NCBI GenBank assembly: GCA_977020255.1
Contig: CDROCS010001915.1
Coordinates: 124,001 to 188,000, forward strand
Direction of reading: 5' to 3'
From: Obrimoposthia wandeli
Taxonomy: Eukaryota
Length of the DNA stretch: 64,000 nt
Made by a program: the position numbers and the translations under genes. This document shows, piece by piece, positions 58,181-64,000 of the stretch (position 1 is its first letter; the number at the start of each line of letters is the position of its first letter). The notes beneath the pieces were generated by a model, which was not told the origin of the DNA, ran no database searches, and saw nothing but the letters and a program-made list of their open reading frames with translations.

Positions 58181-61100
58181 GAGGTTGTATATTAACAAGA
58201 AACTTGCTATTAAATTTAACCTCTACTACTCCTATTGGAACCCTGCGTGGTCATAAAGATTAACTTTCAGAAATTCAAAATGCCTAAAAATTCTCATCTA
58301 ACTCAGAAAAAAACAGTAGAATTAATAATTTAACGGGTTTATTGTGCAATTGTTCTATTTTCAACTTAACCCATTTCGTCTCATCCAAAAACGAGCAGTT
58401 TGCAAATCATGTCAGCTATAATGTCAGCTACTCGTTGCACATCGAATAGGGTTGGAAAAGCCAAATGCATGTTATCCTATTAGAAAAAATCATCTTGTTT
58501 CTCACGCTATCCCTACGGGAGCACTATATTATTACAAGGATCAGAATTTTGGTGATATGCAACTTTCAAACTTAGTTTTAATTGCTTTCCAAAACACTTC
58601 TACCTATGGAGGTGAGTCTAAACATGAGGTTTCTCAATTTGGACACATGAATGTGAGTTCAATTAAACTTGCACGAAATATTAATTATCAAGAATCTTAT
58701 ACGAATGACTTATAAAATAATGATTATGCGTTTTCTTATGTGCAATCTTTAATTAGAAATCTTGGTCATTTGGATAAGGATGCTAATATTGGAATTTCAA
58801 TGACTGATTTCAAGGACAAGTATACACTGTTCACATTTGTTATCTCTCCTGATTTCGATATTAATCAAGCTCAAATCCCTAAACAGGGAAATTTGAAAGT
58901 AGAAATCAAGTTTTCAAAAGCAATTGAACATCCTACTAATATTATAATCTATGGAGTATTCGATTCTGAGGTTCAAATTACCAAGGGAGGAACAGTACTA
59001 GTATAAACAGAATGAAAAAAATAAAGAATATATAAATGAAGTAAGTCAGTTTGAATTTATTAATTAATATATAATCTAGTTCGGACGAGATAACAAAAAG
59101 CGGAAGAAAACTACTCGGTTCGCGTTTCAATGGAGTCTACAGTCTTGATCATATCCCTCTCTTTGACTTGTTTAGGTGGATATGTAATCAATACACATTC
59201 ATCTAATTTGTGTGGTGAACATTGGATTGCAATACATGTTTAAGAAAATGAAATCTTTGTTTTTGACCCCTTTGGGATATATTACCCTTCTAAATTAGTA
59301 TCTACAGTACTTGACTCTGGAAAGAAAGTACATTTTAGTAAGAAACATTATCAAAATGTTTTAACACAGTCATGTGGACAACTCTGTCTGCTTTGGTTAA
59401 AGCATAAACAATATATATAAACAATATCAAATAAAATTATTGCTATAAAAAAATGTTTGTTTATTTTATTGATTTTGAAGCTTTTATTGATAATAATACT
59501 GAATTTGTAATAAAAGAACTATGTATAATGAATGTGGATGCAATCTTCTATCCTAAACATTATGTTTTTAAAATGCAACCTATATTGGGCATGATGAATA
59601 GAAAATCAAGAAAATTAAATAGATATCTCATTAAGCATTACCATCGACTAAAACTAGTTGATGGTAATAGTTATTTCAAGATAAAAGAAATAACTGAGGA
59701 AATAAAACGTTGTTGTGATGTATCCAAATCAATTTTCTTTGTTTTGGATGAAGATAATGGAGCTAAGATAAAGACAATCAATAAATATTTTCCTGAATTT
59801 AGAGTGATAAATTATTCGAAAACATTAAAACAATTAAATTCATCAAATATCAATTGTCCATATATTAAACACGGAGAGCATTGTGCATACAAGAAATGCT
59901 TTGCAGCTAGTTTGGATTATTTAAATATTAATGAAAAATGAACTACTTACATTAATCAGTAAAATATTTTCAATTCTGATTTGTTTTAAATAATAAATGA
60001 ATATGGTTGGTTTAAATAATGAATGAATCTGATTGGCTTAATACTAGTTTGAAAATAGTATATAAGCAAGCACCAATCAACAAATAACTCTCTATTATAA
60101 ATGAAATTAAAAATGGTAAGTTTATTGATATTTTTCTGATAATTTTAATTTTTTTCTAGAATTGCAACATGAATAAACAATTATGCTTTGAGGAAAGTCA
60201 CAAGGAATCTGATTGGAAAATGAAAAGCTACTTTGGGCAAACGTTCAATGGACAACTCTTCTACATCTGTCCAGTATGTCTCTCCGCAGAGGACATTGAT
60301 TGGGTGGAGTTTGTGGCGCGTCATCGCACCCATCTTCGCCATTTCCAGCAACGTGGTAAGAAGACCATCTTCTAGGATAGAGCTCATAGTAATATGACTG
60401 CTTCTCTTGCTACTATTTCTCAAGATCGGGTTGCTGCTACAGATACTGCTTATTCGACAGTTTCACAAAGAGTGCTCTAGTGAGAGCTATTCTCATTCTC
60501 CATCCTCCACTGAAATGCTTAAGCTTCTTAAATTGCATTTCTTTTGTAAATCCTTGAGGGCATTTTACACGCATTTTGAAAGATGTTTTAATTAATAGTA
60601 AACATAACCACATTTTTAAAAATCTATTTACGCAACAATTTATCATGGATCGGAAAATTATTTTGTTTTTGTTACCGTTACTGGTAGTCAATAATTTTTT
60701 TTTGTTAGCGGATTTCGTAAGGTAAAATTATTTCTTAATTTAATTAGATTTTTAATTTTTTAAATTATAACCTTTTTGTGTTTTAGTTTATTTTTTTAAA
60801 TTATTTAATATATTCTTTTTTATACTTTTGACTGCATTTTAATGGGAAATGTTTTCATTTGGTTAAGTTTGTGCATTCGTTTTCATGTTTAATTTATGTT
60901 ATAACGCATATGTTATTAGATGTGTTTAAATTTTATAAATGTTTAAAAAAATTATGATTTATGATGAGAAAAATTCGACAAATGAGAGGTACATGACCTT
61001 ACTTAGGAATCAAATAGCCGACGTATTAGTTGCAGCTTCTGGTAAGTTTATGATTAACATATATTTATGTACATTATTAAAATGTTTTTTCAATTTTTTA

Positions 61101-64000
61101 AAAATTTTATTTCAATACAGAAAATCAGTCCTGATAGAGGATTTTGCACCATATGTGCAAAGCGACAGAGTTCCAGAACCAGCACTAATGTCGACAAATG
61201 GGTATGTTAATTTAAATTCTTTAAAGCTACTAGGTAAGTATTTTTATAACAATGTATATTAAGAAAATCGTATATTAACAAATTGCCTGTGACAATTGCA
61301 ATGCATGGTTCCACCAGGACTGTTATGGAGTTAATGATGAAGATGACCTGGACAACATCAAGTTTACATGCGATATTTGCAAATAAAAAAGTATTAATAT
61401 AAATAAGAATCTATATAAATTTAAAATTTGTGTAAATGTGAATAAGTTTAGTATAAGAAATGTTTTAATTTGTTAAAATGCAATCAATCGAAGTTTTATT
61501 ATCGTAAAAATCGAATTTATAAAAAACCATATTTGTTAAACAACATATTTTCATTTTCTTTTTTGATATAAAATGATCCCTCTAAGAAATTGAACTCATC
61601 TTTATTTGCAGACATCTGGATTCATTTTGGTCGAGAAGGATTTATATAGATTTTTTGTAAATATATGTTGAACTGTTCTCTAAATTGATTTAAAAAATTC
61701 CGATCCATGTTTGATAAATTGTTGCATAAATAGATTGTTTAAAATGAGTTTAAAAATGTTGTTATGTTTACTATTAATAAAATCAACTTTCAAAATGCAT
61801 GTAAAATGTAGCTATAATTTGCTGAAGAAATAATAATCCTAAATAGCTTAGAAAGGAAAATGTAAATAAAACGATTCTTAAATCATACCGAGTACGATAT
61901 TTTAAAAATGGTATTTAAATAAAATATTAACAATGAACGAAGTATTCTTTGTGGGTAAGGGCCAAAGCGTTAAAATTATTTTTACCATTTTGAAAATCAC
62001 TCCAAAAGACTCCGTGAACACACAGATCCCTTAATAAAATGTACTTTCAGAAATGTATAAATGCTGGTAGAAGCTGCTTTGCGGGAGAATATCTCCGGAA
62101 GGATTAAATATGTGTGAACAAACTTTGGAAATGGTGGCCAGACATCGATCACAACTTGCTTGCCAAATTTTAGATCCATCGGAGTTTTATTACTCAGTGA
62201 AAAATTGTTTTTGATGAGTCCCGGCTGCTAAAGGATGACGTTATCGTTATAGAACTCGCATTGGGGATCCCAGAATAACTGATAGGAATCCCCAACCATA
62301 TCAGAAATTTATTATTTTTAAACCCGACTGGAAAACATAATCTTCGCAGCTACATATATAGATATTCAATATAAAATGCTAACTAAAACTGTCGGAGTGT
62401 CGTTGTACTATATAAACAACTTCTCGGTTAAGGAGATAACAAAAAATTAATTGCTTACATTAAATTGTATTAACATTTATCTGAATTTAAAGAACGACTC
62501 ATATTTTGTTGGAAAGTTTGCTGTCTGTTGATTTTATCTTCTTTGCTAGTACATTATTTCCATAACTCGACGATTAAAATTAAAAATAACTTAAAATTTT
62601 GGCAATAAATGTTCAGGTACATGATCTAATACCACAAATGCATTGACACAATTTAAATATTTCATTTCAATAAGATTCGCTACGAGCGTTTCAAATTTCT
62701 ATATTCCAAATTCGAATCAAAAGTAAAAACAATGCAACATTTTGTGTAAAAAAAATATTTTAAAATTAAAAACAAGAATATAAATTAGGTCAAAACATTT
62801 TAATTCTATATAAAGTCATACGATATTCTTTGATTTTAGTGTGAATTATTAAATTATAGACTAAAAAATTAATGTGAAAACTTACATGTCATTAATAAAT
62901 TTGAATAATACTTTTACTATTAAAATATTTGATATTGTACGTTTCCTAAATATAAGATTTTTGTATTTTTGTATGTTTGTCAATTGAAATCTCCCAGTCT
63001 GCGTTTGTTTTAAATATTGCTGGAAATATTTATTTATTTATCAAACATAAAATTATATATTCAATACGTTTCTAATAATTCAATTATTCTGCCTTAGAAG
63101 TTCAAACATTATTATTAAATATATTGAACTTACAGAAATGAATTCAACAAACTAGTACAATATTAAGAATCGGATTAGGGGCATAATTAATATTGATTTA
63201 GAGGGTGAAAAATTAATTTATACGAATATTATAAATGTATTTTAGTTAATTATATGGAATTTCACAAAAAGTATGATTTCAACTACCAAATTTTAAATTA
63301 GTGATAAAACAGAAAGAATGCCAATGAAAGTCACTAAATTATCATTGACTTTAATGCGTACATTTACTCAAAAATTAAGTCAAAAAATTGTTTGAATTCT
63401 AAAATAATTCTTAATAATTGTATCAACACTTGTTTTATTAATAGCTTTCAAAAGTTCAAATGAACAATGGTTTCAATGTCTCGTTTCTTCACATGACCAG
63501 TAGCGAGTTCCAAGGAATTTCACAACGCCTAATTACGTTTATTTTGAGTAAATTTTTAATCATTTCATCAACTTGGTTTTCTAAATGTATTGCTTGTCGT
63601 TTGAGATTTTGATAAATGGGATCATCAATAGTCTCCATTTTATGGGAGACAATTTCGATATATCCTAAATCAAATTTAGATCACATAAATAATTTTGCAA
63701 ACTCATCATTATAACGCATATATTCTTTCTTTCGGGGAAAACTTTTACATCATGTAACGCGAGTCCAAATAGCATACTTCTTGCAGCTTTATCCGAATGT
63801 TTTCATTGTATCGATTCCACCAAAAAAATGTTTTAATATCTTTTACAACAATTATCTCCCTTATTTTCTGCTTTCAATTCCTCAACACTTTAGTATTAAA
63901 TCCACCACCGGAAGGATCTGAATCCCATTGAAAATATATTGCTCATTATATCATTCAGAAATTATAAAATTATGAAAAATTATTTGTTGATCAAATTAAA
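58181..64000 (-). repeat. Chimeric cassette, copy 3: inverted arm mirroring 48622..54450
   Basis: Reverse-complement match throughout (MCP to 59006, protease 59036..59420, DEDD-like 59453..59941, Zn-ribbon 60113..60375, ABCF, PHD and gypsy fragments). Scattered substitutions; runs off the window edge. Confidence 0.95.
60059..60066 (+). promoter_or_regulatory. TATA box (G-TATATAAG) with upstream CCAAT/ATTGG boxes
   Basis: About 47 nt before the ATG at 60113. The same motif lies at 28297 and 31924 before other element genes. Confidence 0.55.

Noticed and set aside
48622-64000. Palindrome as a pure fold-back read or amplification chimera
   Set aside because: Arms differ by independent substitutions and small indels and enclose a 3.7-kb spacer with precise TIR junctions. 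A haplotype misassembly is not fully excluded.

Overview
AT-rich eukaryotic (animal) DNA made almost entirely of nested and rearranged mobile-element remnants. The 38-78 nt introns, TRAF fragment, mariner and RLE retroelement are compatible with a flatworm such as a planarian, but that is inference. The dominant component is Maverick/Polinton (Polintovirus) sequence from at least two related lineages: protein-primed PolB pieces, major capsid protein C-terminus, adenain-like protease, A32-like packaging ATPase, integrase, a DEDD-like gene, a Zn-ribbon gene, a double-RING gene and AGTAGG-type termini. The most notable item is a compact two-repeat TATA-binding-protein (TBP)-like gene inside a 3.7-kb TIR-bounded mini-Maverick (56521..57023, one 38-nt intron), with a second decayed copy at 33.7-34.1 kb. 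Several Maverick genes carry short spliceosomal introns at conserved positions. The mini-Maverick is the exact centre of an inverted duplication with arms of at least 5.8 kb. Those arms belong to a chimeric cassette present three times (1..16.5 kb, 43.5..54.45 kb, and inverted 58.18..64 kb). Also present: two type I hammerhead ribozymes with covarying stems, a near-intact hAT, a decayed mariner, a MULE/Ulp1/PHD remnant, three TG..CA solo-LTR-like elements with different internal tandem arrays (one nested in another), a MITE splitting a TRAF MATH domain, and an RLE non-LTR retrotransposon 3' fragment. No rRNA, tRNA, CRISPR or intact host gene was recognised. Protein assignments are from motif recognition by eye; no database searches were run.
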